The notes below the pieces were generated by a model. It was not told the origin of the DNA. It saw only the letters and a list, made by a program, of their open reading frames with translations, and ran no database searches. DNA of 64,000 nucleotides from Escherichia coli. Lineage in GTDB: Bacteria; Pseudomonadota; Gammaproteobacteria; Enterobacterales; Enterobacteriaceae. The translations under genes and the position numbers were made by a program. The DNA lies in assembly GCF_036507355.1 (NCBI RefSeq), contig NZ_AP027877.1. One strand, 5' to 3'. Below, piece after piece: positions 35,612 through 45,065 of the stretch (its first letter is position 1; every line of letters starts with the position of its first letter).

Positions 35612-36718
35612 ATGAATAAAACAATAACGGCGCTTACTATCATAATGGCTTCATTTGCCGCAAACGCGTCTGTATTACCGGAAACTCCTGTGCCATTTAA
35701 AAGTGGTACCGGAGCAATTGATAACGACACTGTCTACATTGGTTTAGGTAGCGCAGGTACGGCATGGTACAAGCTGGATACACAGGCCAAAGATAAAAGA
35801 TGGACAGCGTTAGCTGCATTCCCTGGCGGACCGAGAGATCAAGCAACCTCTGCATTTATTGATGGCAATCTGTATGTGTTTGGCGGCATTGGCAAAAACA
35901 GCGAGGGCTTGACTCAGGTATTTAATGACGTACACAAATACAACCCCAAAACCAATAGCTGGGTTAAATTGATGTCGCACGCGCCGATGGGCATGGCGGG
36001 CCATGTGACTTTTGTACACAACGGCAAGGCTTATGTTACTGGCGGTGTTAACCAGAATATCTTCAATGGCTATTTTGAAGATCTCAACGAAGCTGGAAAA
36101 GATTCAACCGCTATAGATAAAATCAACGCCTACTATTTTGACAAAAAAGCAGAAGATTATTTCTTCAATAAGTTTCTGTTGTCTTTTGATCCCTCAACAC
36201 AGCAATGGAGTTACGCTGGCGAATCTCCCTGGTACGGAACGGCTGGTGCGGCGGTTGTGAATAAAGGTGATAAAACCTGGCTTATTAATGGCGAAGCCAA
36301 ACCAGGATTGCGAACGGATGCCGTATTTGAACTTGACTTCACCGGTGATAATTTAAAATGGAATAAGCTTGATCCCGTCTCATCACCAGATGGCGTCGCT
36401 GGCGGTTTTGCGGGGATAAGCAATGATTCTCTTATATTTGCTGGAGGGGCCGGATTCAAAGGTTCACGAGAAAATTACCAGAACGGTAAGAACTATGCGC
36501 ATGAAGGCCTGAAAAAATCATATAGCGCTGATATTCATCTTTGGTATAACGGGAAATGGGATAAATCGGGTGAATTATCGCAAGGTCGGGCCTACGGAGT
36601 ATCATTGCCCTGGAATAATAGTTTATTAATTATTGGCGGTGAAACTGCAGGCGGCAAAGCAGTGATGGATTCAGTTTTAATTTCTGTGAAGGATAATAAA
36701 GTCACAGTACAAAACTAA
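35612..36718 (+). CDS. nanM: N-acetylneuraminate mutarotase (Kelch-repeat propeller)
   Basis: From MNKTITALTIIMASFAANA (signal peptide); repeated GG motifs. Confidence 0.85.
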   Translation: MNKTITALTIIMASFAANASVLPETPVPFKSGTGAIDNDTVYIGLGSAGTAWYKLDTQAKDKRWTALAAFPGGPRDQATSAFIDGNLYVFGGIGKNSEGLTQVFNDVHKYNPKTNSWVKLMSHAPMGMAGHVTFVHNGKAYVTGGVNQNIFNGYFEDLNEAGKDSTAIDKINAYYFDKKAEDYFFNKFLLSFDPSTQQWSYAGESPWYGTAGAAVVNKGDKTWLINGEAKPGLRTDAVFELDFTGDNLKWNKLDPVSSPDGVAGGFAGISNDSLIFAGGAGFKGSRENYQNGKNYAHEGLKKSYSADIHLWYNGKWDKSGELSQGRAYGVSLPWNNSLLIIGGETAGGKAVMDSVLISVKDNKVTVQN

Positions 36719-36723
36719 CGCTT

Positions 36724-36747
36724 CAGGGCCCCGGTAAAGGGGCCCTG
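36724..36747 (+). terminator. Hairpin after nanM
   Basis: CAGGGCCCC-GGTAAA-GGGGCCCTG. Confidence 0.5.
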
Positions 36748-36782
36748 CTATCAATTTGTCATTTCAATTACGCGAAATTTAT

Positions 36783-37763
36783 ATGAACGCAATAATATCG
36801 CCTGATTATTACTATATTCTTACCGTTGCTGGTCAGTCTAATGCCATGGCGTATGGCGAAGGACTGCCATTACCGGACAGGGAAGATGCGCCTCATCCCA
36901 GAATTAAACAATTAGCGAGATTTGCGCATACGCATCCCGGAGGCCCGTCATGTCACTTTAACGACATTATTCCACTGACTCACTGCCCACACGATGTTCA
37001 GGATATGCAGGGTTATCACCATCCTCTGGCAACGAATCATCAAACACAGTACGGCACCGTTGGCCAGGCACTGCATATAGCACGGAAATTACTGCCCTTT
37101 ATTCCTGATAATGCAGGGGTTCTCATCGTTCCGTGTTGCCGTGGCGGATCGGCTTTTACCGCGGGCAGCGAAGGGACATATTCAGAACGGCACGGAGCCA
37201 GCCATGATGCTTGTCGTTGGGGAACGGATACTCCGCTATACCAGGATTTAGTCAGCAGAACGCGAGCCGCACTGGCAAAAAATCCGCATAACAAATTCCT
37301 CGGCGTATGCTGGATGCAAGGCGAATTTGACTTAATGACCAGTGACTACGCGTCACACCCTCAACACTTTAATCATATGGTTGAAGCCTTTCGTAGGGAT
37401 CTAAAACAATACCATTCTCAGCTTAATAATATTACTGACGCACCGTGGTTTTGCGGCGATACCACCTGGTACTGGAAAGAAAATTTCCCTCATGCGTATG
37501 AAGTTATTTATGGCAATTATCAAAATAATGTTTTAGCCAATATTATTTTCGTCGACTTCCAGCAACAAGGTGAAAGAGGACTGACGAACGCGCCTGATGA
37601 AGACCCGGACGATTTAAGCACGGGATATTACGGTTCAGCGTACCGGTCACCGGAGAACTGGACGACGGCACTGCGAAGCAGTCATTTCAGCACGGCAGCC
37701 CGTCGGGGGATTATTTCTGACAAGTTTGTAGAAGCAATTTTGCAGTTTTGGCGCGAAAGGTGA
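36783..37763 (+). CDS. nanS: 9-O-acetyl-N-acetylneuraminate esterase
   Basis: From MNAIISPDYYYILTVAGQSNAMAYG. Confidence 0.85.
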   Translation: MNAIISPDYYYILTVAGQSNAMAYGEGLPLPDREDAPHPRIKQLARFAHTHPGGPSCHFNDIIPLTHCPHDVQDMQGYHHPLATNHQTQYGTVGQALHIARKLLPFIPDNAGVLIVPCCRGGSAFTAGSEGTYSERHGASHDACRWGTDTPLYQDLVSRTRAALAKNPHNKFLGVCWMQGEFDLMTSDYASHPQHFNHMVEAFRRDLKQYHSQLNNITDAPWFCGDTTWYWKENFPHAYEVIYGNYQNNVLANIIFVDFQQQGERGLTNAPDEDPDDLSTGYYGSAYRSPENWTTALRSSHFSTAARRGIISDKFVEAILQFWRER

Positions 37764-37770
37764 GCGTTCA

Positions 37771-38025
37771 TTAATTTGATTTATTCGCATCCATCAGCGC
37801 TTTTAACTGCTCCGGCGTAAACGGTGGTTTGCGTCGGTGCAACATCGCATGGCAATTAGGGTACACAGGCAGCAAATCATTAACTGGATCCAGCTGGTAA
37901 TCCTCTTTAATGGCTGACAGCGGCACCAGGTGATGCACATGGATAAAGCCTTCAGCGATATCACCATAGATCTTCACCAGATCAACACCGCATATTCCGT
38001 ATGAACCATACGGAGATTTAACCAT
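37771..38025 (-). CDS. Short HNH-nuclease-motif protein (84 aa), possibly a truncated gene
   Basis: HVHHLVPLS...NCHAMLH motif; its start overlaps the divergent next gene on a CATG. Confidence 0.45.
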   Translation of the reverse strand: MVKSPYGSYGICGVDLVKIYGDIAEGFIHVHHLVPLSAIKEDYQLDPVNDLLPVYPNCHAMLHRRKPPFTPEQLKALMDANKSN

Positions 38026-38593
38026 GACCTACAAATACAACCCCTTCTGGCAGCAACGTATTCGTGAGACGGTGCGGCACGCACTGAATGTTCATCCCCG
38101 CCTGACGGCATTGCGGGTTGACCTGCGTCTCCCGGATGTACCGGCAGCAACGGACGCAGCTGTGATATCCCGCTTCATCAATGCCCTGAAAGCCCGAATC
38201 GACGCTTACCAGAAACGTAAGCATCGGGAAGGTAAACGCGTGCATCCCACAACCCTGCATTACGTCTGGGCCCGGGAGTTTGGGGAGTGCAAAGGTAAAA
38301 AACACTATCACCTGATGCTGCTGGTCAACCGGGATACCTGGTGTCGTGCCGGTGATTACCGCGCTCCGGAGTCTCTGGCCGGGATGATTAAACAGGCGTG
38401 GTGCAGTGCCCTGGGAGTGGATGTCGGGTGCCATGCCACGCTGGTGCATTTTCCGGCCTGGCCGGCGGTGTGGCTGGCGCGTAATGATGACACCGGCTTT
38501 CAGCAAGTGCTGGAACGTGCTGACTATCTGGCGAAGGAGTATACCAAAGCTCACTGCACCGGTGAGCGCAATTTTGGCTGTAGCCGGAGTTGA
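38024..38593 (+). CDS. YagK/YfjJ-family (inovirus Gp2-like) island protein
   Basis: 189-aa ORF MTYKYNPFWQQRIRETVRHALNVHPRLTALRVDLRLPD...; family assignment from memory only. Confidence 0.4.
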   Translation: MTYKYNPFWQQRIRETVRHALNVHPRLTALRVDLRLPDVPAATDAAVISRFINALKARIDAYQKRKHREGKRVHPTTLHYVWAREFGECKGKKHYHLMLLVNRDTWCRAGDYRAPESLAGMIKQAWCSALGVDVGCHATLVHFPAWPAVWLARNDDTGFQQVLERADYLAKEYTKAHCTGERNFGCSRS

Positions 38594-38852
38594 GCACGAC
38601 TGGCGCGCCAATATCCGGCAAACCAAAAGTATGGGTTGTTGTCTGGCGGCAACGATGTATCCACTCGCCCACTGACTGTTTTTTACGTCAGTGTTCCATT
38701 GTGTGACAACCACAGTGCTGTAACAGCAACCAGCCTGCTTTACCCAAACTCCAGTCCAGATTTTAACTGAACCGCCATTCACACCCTGACCACGCTGCCC
38801 GTACCGGGACGGCTGTTGCCTGCGTGTCGTCTGGCGGCTAAGGAATATGACT

Positions 38853-39254
38853 ATGTACGCAAAATCCTTTATCGCTCTTGATGGCAACGGACGTCTGACG
38901 GGCGCCCGTACTGCACAGGCCGCACCTTATGCTCACTACACCTGCCACTTGTGTGGCAGTGCACTCAGATACCATCCGCAATACGACACTGAACTTCCCT
39001 GGTTTGAACACACTGACGACAGGCTGACAGAGCACGGTCAACAGTGCCCTTATGTCAGGCCGGAGCGCAGAGAAATACAGTTGATTAAACGTCTGCAGCA
39101 ATTCGTACCGGATGCCTTACCCGTGGTGCGTAAAGCCAGCTGGCACTGCAGACAATGTCACCACGATTATTATGGGGAGCAGTACTGCACACACTGCCAG
39201 ACCGGAGGATTCAGTATTCCCCGGACAACTCAGGAGGAAATATGCGAATTCTGA
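38853..39254 (+). CDS. Cys-rich (double CxxC) hypothetical protein, paralogue A
   Basis: CHLCG...PWFEH...CRQCHHDYYGEQYCTHCQTG; RBS-like AAGGAA upstream of the ATG at 38853. Confidence 0.45.
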   Translation: MYAKSFIALDGNGRLTGARTAQAAPYAHYTCHLCGSALRYHPQYDTELPWFEHTDDRLTEHGQQCPYVRPERREIQLIKRLQQFVPDALPVVRKASWHCRQCHHDYYGEQYCTHCQTGGFSIPRTTQEEICEF

Positions 39255-39676
39255 ACTGTTATATGGCGAATGACAGCAAAGGCCATTTTGTTACGGCGAA
39301 AGAAGCTGCGAAGCACAACCGACAGGACGTTTTGTGCTGTGTGTCCTGTGGATGCCCGTTAACACTTCAGCGGGGCAATGACGGACAACCACCGTGGTTT
39401 GAACATGACCAGATGACTGTCGCTGAAAAAATCCTGCTGCGATGTACCTGGCTTGACCCGGCGGAGAAAGAGGCCCGTCGTTTGCATCTGCAGGGCATGA
39501 CGGTTCCGGATTATACGGTGAAGGTGAGAAAGTGGTTTTGTGTGATGTGTGACGAAGATTATGAGGGGGAAAAGTGCTGCCCACGCTGCGGTACCGGGGT
39601 ATACAGCAGGGCGTGGGGGCGGCAGGAGGTGCCGTCGGAAGATGCCAGGGCTGATAATCCGTTACAGAGGCTGTAA
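39242..39676 (+). CDS. Cys-rich (double CxxC) hypothetical protein, paralogue B
   Basis: CVSCGCP...PWFEH...CVMCDEDYEGEKCCPRCGTG; AGGAGG RBS inside the 3' end of paralogue A; 13-bp overlap. Confidence 0.45.
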   Translation: MRILNCYMANDSKGHFVTAKEAAKHNRQDVLCCVSCGCPLTLQRGNDGQPPWFEHDQMTVAEKILLRCTWLDPAEKEARRLHLQGMTVPDYTVKVRKWFCVMCDEDYEGEKCCPRCGTGVYSRAWGRQEVPSEDARADNPLQRL

Positions 39677-40030
39677 TGGTTGCCTCCGGAGCAGTTTGCG
39701 GTGATGCCTTTCCCGGGAATGGATTGCCAGTGCGGGGACTGTGGAGCTTAATTCCGGTGTTGGTGGCCTTTCCGTTGATTTTATGCCAACAGCCCCCTGT
39801 GACTGACAGGCTGCCTCGTCATTCCATTCGTATCTCCAGTAACAGGGGGTTGTATTGTATTTTATTGTGCCGGTTCAGGTGTGCGTTTCCCGGCGCGTCT
39901 GCACCGGCTTAACCAAATTCAACAGGGATAAAATAGTGGTAAGCGTACAGCCTGAACCGTCTGGTCAGAATCTGACGAATTAGACAAAGTGGTGTCCACC
40001 AAATAAGTAGTGGGAACCAAAGTGTCAGAT

Positions 40031-40411
40031 ATGCAGAAAAATGTGACTCCCGGCAGGCGAAAAGGCTGCCCTAATTATCCTCCCGAATTTAAACAGCTGC
40101 TCGTTGCTGCCTCCTGTGAACCCGGGATATCCATCTCAAAACTTGCTCTTGAAAATGGCATTAACGCCAATCTGTTGTTCAAATGGCGACAACAATGGCG
40201 CGAGGGAAAGCTGCTATTACCTTCTTCAGAGAGCCCCCAGCTACTTCCTGTGACTCTCGATGCAGCTGCCGAACAGCCAGAATCGCTCGCAGAGGACCCG
40301 GAAACCCTCAGTATCAGCTGTGAGGTAACGTTCCGGCACGGGACGCTCCGCTTCAATGGCAATGTCAGCGAAAAGCTCCTGACTCTGCTGATACAGGAAC
40401 TGAAGCGATGA
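40031..40411 (+). CDS. IS66 accessory protein (orfA)
   Basis: MQKNVTPGRRKGCPNYPPEFKQLLVAASCEPGISISKLALENGINANLLFKWRQQW (helix-turn-helix-like). Confidence 0.7.
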   Translation: MQKNVTPGRRKGCPNYPPEFKQLLVAASCEPGISISKLALENGINANLLFKWRQQWREGKLLLPSSESPQLLPVTLDAAAEQPESLAEDPETLSISCEVTFRHGTLRFNGNVSEKLLTLLIQELKR

Positions 40412-40755
40412 TCCCGTTACCTTCCGGGACCAAAATTTGGCTGGTTGCCGGTATCACCGATATGAGAAATGGCTTCAACGGCCTGGCTGCGAAAGTACAA
40501 ACGGCGCTGAAAGACGATCCCATGTCCGGCCATGTTTTCATTTTCCGGGGCCGCAGCGGCAGTCAGGTTAAACTGCTGTGGTCCACCGGTGACGGACTGT
40601 GCCTCCTGACCAAACGGCTGGAGCGTGGGCGCTTCGCCTGGCCGTCAGCCCGTGATGGCAAAGTGTTCCTTACGCAGGCGCAGCTGGCGATGCTGCTGGA
40701 AGGTATCGACTGGCGACAGCCCAAGCGGCTGCTGACCTCCCTGACCATGCTGTAA
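40408..40755 (+). CDS. IS66 TnpB-like protein (orfB)
   Basis: MIPLPSGTKIWLVAGITDMRNGFNGLAAKVQ...; ATGA overlap with orfA. Confidence 0.75.
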   Translation: MIPLPSGTKIWLVAGITDMRNGFNGLAAKVQTALKDDPMSGHVFIFRGRSGSQVKLLWSTGDGLCLLTKRLERGRFAWPSARDGKVFLTQAQLAMLLEGIDWRQPKRLLTSLTML

Positions 40756-40804
40756 ATCTCTTTATCCTGGTTGTCACAGAATAAGCCCGGTAAAATACGG
40801 GCTT

Positions 40805-42190
40805 ATGAACGACATCTCTTCTGACGACATCTTCCTGCTAAAACAGCGCCTGGCCGAACAGGAAGCGCTGATCCACGCCCTGCAGGAAAAGCTGAGCAAC
40901 CGGGAGCGCGAAATAGACCATCTGCAGGCGCAGCTGGATAAACTCCGCCGGATGAACTTCGGCAGTCGTTCCGAAAAAGTCTCCCGCCGTATCGCACAAA
41001 TGGAAGCCGATCTGAACCGGCTTCAGAAAGAGAGCGATACGCTGACTGGTAGGGTGTATGACCCGGCAGTACAGCGTCCGTTGCGTCAGACCCGCACCCG
41101 TAAGCCGTTCCCTGAATCACTACCCCGTGACGAAAAGCGACTGTTGCCTGCGGCGCCGTGCTGCCCGAACTGCGGCGGTTCACTGAGCTATCTGGGCGAG
41201 GATACCGCCGAACAGCTGGAGTTGATGCGTAGCGCCTTCCGGGTTATCCGGACGGTACGGGAAAAACATGCCTGTACTCAGTGCGATGCCATCGTGCAGG
41301 CACCTGCACCTTCGCGGCCCATCGAGCGGGGTATCGCCGGACCGGGGCTGCTGGCCCGCGTGCTGACCTCGAAGTATGCAGAGCACACCCCGCTGTATTG
41401 CCAGTCAGAAATATACGGCCGGCAAGGTGTGGAGCTGAGCCGTTCACTGCTGTCGGGCTGGGTGGATGCATGCTGCCGGCTGCTGTCTCCGCTGGAAGAG
41501 GCGCTTCATGGCTATGTCATGACTGACGGCAAACTCCATGCCGATGATACCCCGGTCCAGGTACTGCTGCCGGGTAATAAGAAGACGAAGACCGGGCGGT
41601 TGTGGGCGTATGTTCGTGATGACCGCAATGCCGGGTCAGCGTTGGCACCTGCAGTGTGGTTCGCTTACAGCCCGGACAGAAAAGGCATCCATCCGCAGAC
41701 TCATCTTGCTTGCTTCAGCGGTGTGCTGCAAGCGGATGCGTACGCCGGGTTCAACGAGCTGTATCGCAATGGTGGGATAACGGAAGCTGCCTGCTGGGCT
41801 CATGCCCGCCGAAAGATCCACGATGTGCACGTCCGCATCCCGTCAGCACTGACGGAAGAAGCCCTAGAGCAGATCGGTCAGTTGTACGCCATAGAGGCGG
41901 ATATAAGGGGAATGCCGGCAGAGCAGCGGCTTGCTGAACGTCAGCGAAAAACGAAACCGCTGTTGAAATCCCTGGAAAGCTGGTTGCGTGAAAAGATGAA
42001 GACCCTGTTCTTCGGCTCTGGCCATGGTGGTGAGCGGGGAGCGCTACTGTACAGCCTGATCGGGACGTGCAAACTGAATGACGTGGATCCAGAAAGCTAC
42101 CTTCGCCATGTGCCTGGCGTCATAGCAGACTGGCCGGTCAACCGGGTCAGCGAACTGCTTCCGTGGCGCATAGCACTGCCAGCTGAATAA
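40805..42190 (+). CDS. IS66-family transposase (orfC)
   Basis: 461-aa ORF with an N-terminal coiled coil and a CxxC...CxxC zinc-ribbon region. Confidence 0.75.
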   Translation: MNDISSDDIFLLKQRLAEQEALIHALQEKLSNREREIDHLQAQLDKLRRMNFGSRSEKVSRRIAQMEADLNRLQKESDTLTGRVYDPAVQRPLRQTRTRKPFPESLPRDEKRLLPAAPCCPNCGGSLSYLGEDTAEQLELMRSAFRVIRTVREKHACTQCDAIVQAPAPSRPIERGIAGPGLLARVLTSKYAEHTPLYCQSEIYGRQGVELSRSLLSGWVDACCRLLSPLEEALHGYVMTDGKLHADDTPVQVLLPGNKKTKTGRLWAYVRDDRNAGSALAPAVWFAYSPDRKGIHPQTHLACFSGVLQADAYAGFNELYRNGGITEAACWAHARRKIHDVHVRIPSALTEEALEQIGQLYAIEADIRGMPAEQRLAERQRKTKPLLKSLESWLREKMKTLFFGSGHGGERGALLYSLIGTCKLNDVDPESYLRHVPGVIADWPVNRVSELLPWRIALPAE

Positions 42191-42428
42191 CACATCCCCG
42201 TCAATACGGCCCTCGCTGTACGCTTACTTTTGTTCGGACTGCTTATGGCCTTTTTCCACTGGTGTAGCAGGAAAGTTAACCGGCTGCCACCATGAGATGA
42301 CGTGTAAACCGTGCAGGCATGTTTTCACGTGGTGACGCTTTCATTGGGGGTCTACGCCGGAACCCCAATATTGTTCACATACATGAATTTGAAAAACTAA
42401 GCGATACTGCTGTCCGTACCTTATAAAC

Positions 42429-43787
42429 TTATTTCAACGCTTCCGGCAGCGTCACAATCCACAGTTCACTGTCAGACTCCGGTTTCTCCAGTGGCTTCAC
42501 TCTGAGGGTCGTTTCAACCTGCTTGTCGTCAAGCGTCAGCTTTCCTTCCGCGTTCACCCGATAATCCTTGAATGTCTTGCCCTCGACCGGATGTTGCATC
42601 GCCACCTTCACGCCAAAGTCGTTATCGTTCGCCACCGCCAGCGTTTTGCTGTCGATCAGCGCCAACCCTTCAGCCTTCTCCTGCTGCCAGCCCAAGGAGC
42701 GCAGATCAACAACCTGCGTTTTCTGCGCAAGGGTAATGCCGCGCTGTGACAGGGTTTTCTCATCATCAAACTCCGGATACTCACCCGGCTTGTCGAAGCC
42801 TGACAGGTCGCTCGCCTTATTGAGATCGACCTCGTAAATCAGGTTACGCATTCTGTTGTTTTTATCTCTTCCCTGTTCGATCAGCAGGATGTGCTGGTTA
42901 TCGAGCGCCACGATGTCTCCGATTTTAGCGTCGCTGTTTTTGCTGTAGGCCGCGCTGTCGATAGGATAACCGTACATCGCGGTTTTTCCGCTTGCCGGAT
43001 CGAAGCTCACCAGACGCGTAAACAGCGCCTTTTTCTTGCTCTTAGCGTCGATATCCAGCGTACTTTGCACGGCGACAATAATACGCCCGTCCGGCATACG
43101 GGTGAGGCCTTCAAAGCCGCGGTTCGCCTGACGCCATTTGAGGATATTTGGCAAACCGCCCGCAATCGCTTTTTCCCCTTCCGCCGCCTGCGGACCGTGG
43201 ATTGCCAGGATTTTCCCTTTACTGTCGATGTTAATCAGGAACGGGCCATACTCATCGCACAGCCAGTAACCTCCTTTACCATCCGGAGTGATCCCTTCCG
43301 TATCCAGCCCGCGATTATCCCCCTTCAGTCTATGTAACGTGTCGCTGAAGGCCACTTCATTGGTGGAGCCAATCACGTCGCTTGCCAGCGGCAGACCGTT
43401 GATCGCGCCTTTATCGTCATGCAGAGGACGGGGATCGATGGCCTCCGCTTTGCCGTTTTGTACACGAATCGTCATCAGCAGCGGCGCGAAATCTGGCGTA
43501 ACGAAAATTTTAGTTTCGTTTTTCCCCTCTTTCGGTGAATCCGCGTTCGGACCGCGATCGGTAATGGTTGCGAATGTCAGGGCATCGCCCTGTTTACCGG
43601 TGAACAGCAGGCCAGAACCTATCCCAACCGGAAGGCCGTTCGGGAATGCACTGGCAAATGCGCCGGCGTAGTTCACGTGCGTGCCTTCTGGAAAACTGAC
43701 GACATAGCGCTCAGCCGTAGGTTGTGCCGCCAGGGCAGAGAAAGAGAGCGTACAACCGATTAGCACGGGAATAATTTTTCTTTTCAT
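42429..43787 (-). CDS. Secreted beta-propeller protein, phytase-like esterase family (tentative)
   Basis: Signal peptide MKRKIIPVLIGCTLSFSALAA; repeated blades with TEGI / FEGL / AEGL and DEYGP motifs. Confidence 0.45.
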   Translation of the reverse strand: MKRKIIPVLIGCTLSFSALAAQPTAERYVVSFPEGTHVNYAGAFASAFPNGLPVGIGSGLLFTGKQGDALTFATITDRGPNADSPKEGKNETKIFVTPDFAPLLMTIRVQNGKAEAIDPRPLHDDKGAINGLPLASDVIGSTNEVAFSDTLHRLKGDNRGLDTEGITPDGKGGYWLCDEYGPFLINIDSKGKILAIHGPQAAEGEKAIAGGLPNILKWRQANRGFEGLTRMPDGRIIVAVQSTLDIDAKSKKKALFTRLVSFDPASGKTAMYGYPIDSAAYSKNSDAKIGDIVALDNQHILLIEQGRDKNNRMRNLIYEVDLNKASDLSGFDKPGEYPEFDDEKTLSQRGITLAQKTQVVDLRSLGWQQEKAEGLALIDSKTLAVANDNDFGVKVAMQHPVEGKTFKDYRVNAEGKLTLDDKQVETTLRVKPLEKPESDSELWIVTLPEALK

Positions 43788-44071
43788 ATTGTTAGCATCC
43801 ATAAAGTGAAGATCACACTACACCATAAAGAAGAAACGAGTCAGGAAAATGACATCGAATGGCAACATGCGCGGGCCTGAGGCCAAAGAAATGTAAAACA
43901 CTGTTGTTATTTGTAACAACGGAAACATTTACGGAAATTATTTGTCTTTCTTCGTGATCAAAAATGCTGTGTCTTGTTGGATTGGAGTGATGAGGGCTGC
44001 GTTTAGGAAACGCCCTATATTGTACGGTTGCATTATCGCGGTAGGGGTAATGCACGTGTCAGTATGATGAG

Positions 44072-44200
44072 CTGACCACACTCACGTGGGTGGACTGGTA
44101 TAACAATCGACGATTGCTGGAAAGGCAGGGCCATATCCCACCGGCAGAAGCAGAAAAAGCTTATTATGCTTCCATCGGAAACGATGATCTGGCAGCCTGA
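44072..44200 (+). pseudogene. C-terminal remnant of a DDE (rve-type, IS3-like) transposase
   Basis: Translates to ...WVDWYNNRRLLERQGHIPPAEAEKAYYAS...*, a typical transposase C-terminus; no upstream body. Confidence 0.4.
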
Positions 44201-44298
44201 GTTCACAGATAAAACACTCTCCAGGAAACCCGGGGCGGTTCACTTAGCCGCGTGTCCATTATTGCTGGATAAGATCATAACGAGGTAATGACTCCAAC

Positions 44299-44802
44299 TT
44301 ATTGATAGTGTTTTATGTTCAGATAATGCCCGATGACTTTGTCATGCAGCTCCACCGATTTTGAGAACGACAGCGACTTCCGTCCCAGCCGTGCCAGGTG
44401 CTGCCTCAGATTCAGGTTATGCCGCTCAATTCGCTGCGTATATCGCTTGCTGATTACGTGCAGCTTTCCCTTCAGGCGGGATTCATACAGCGGCCAGCCA
44501 TCCGTCATCCATATCACCACGTCAAAGGGTGACAGCAGGCTCATAAGACGCCCCAGCGTCGCCATCGTGCGTTCACCGAATACGTGCGCAACAACCGTCT
44601 TCCGGAGCCTGTCATACGCGTAAAACAGCCAGCGCTGGCGCGATTTAGCCCCGACATAGCCCCACTGTTCGTCCATTTCCGCGCAGACGATGACGTCACT
44701 GCCCGGCTGTATGCGCGAGGTTACCGACTGCGGCCTGAGTTTTTTAAGTGACGTAAAATCGTGTTGAGGCCAACGCCCATAATGCGGGCTGTTGCCCGGC
44801 AT
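44299..44802 (-). CDS. insB: IS1 InsB (transposase frame)
   Basis: 167-aa ORF ...[42 protein letters not shown]... Confidence 0.85.
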
Positions 44803-44996
44803 CCAACGCCATTCATGGCCATATCAATGATTTTCTGGTGCGTACCGGGTTGAGAAGCGGTGTAAGTGAACTGCAGTTGCCATGTTTTACGACAGTGAGA
44901 GCAGAGATAGCGCTGATGTCCGGCGGTGCTTTTGCCGTTACGCACCACCCCGTCAGTAGCTGAACAGGAGGGACAGCTGATAGAAACAGAAGCCAC
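44721..44996 (-). CDS. insA: IS1 InsA
   Basis: 91-aa [46 protein letters not shown]... Confidence 0.9.
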
Positions 44997-45065
44997 TGGA
45001 GCACCTCAAAAACACCATCATACACTAAATCAGTAAGTTGGCAGCATCACCGGCCTCGCATTTAA

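Larger units (their letters stand above)
39938..42227 (+). mobile_element. IS66-family insertion sequence (about 2.3 kb)
   Basis: Ends GTAAGCGTACAGC ... GCTGTACGCTTAC (13-bp terminal inverted repeat) enclosing three IS66-type ORFs. Confidence 0.75.
44284..45051 (-). mobile_element. IS1 copy 2 (768 bp), apparently intact
   Basis: GGTAATGACTCCAACTTATTGATAG ... GGCAGCATCACC; insA and insB intact. Confidence 0.9.

Noticed and set aside
38676-38700. Hairpin CACTGAC-TGTTTTTTA-CGTCAGTG between the YagK-like gene and the Cys-rich pair
   Set aside because: The T-run is in the loop rather than 3' of the stem, so it is not a canonical terminator; function unclear.
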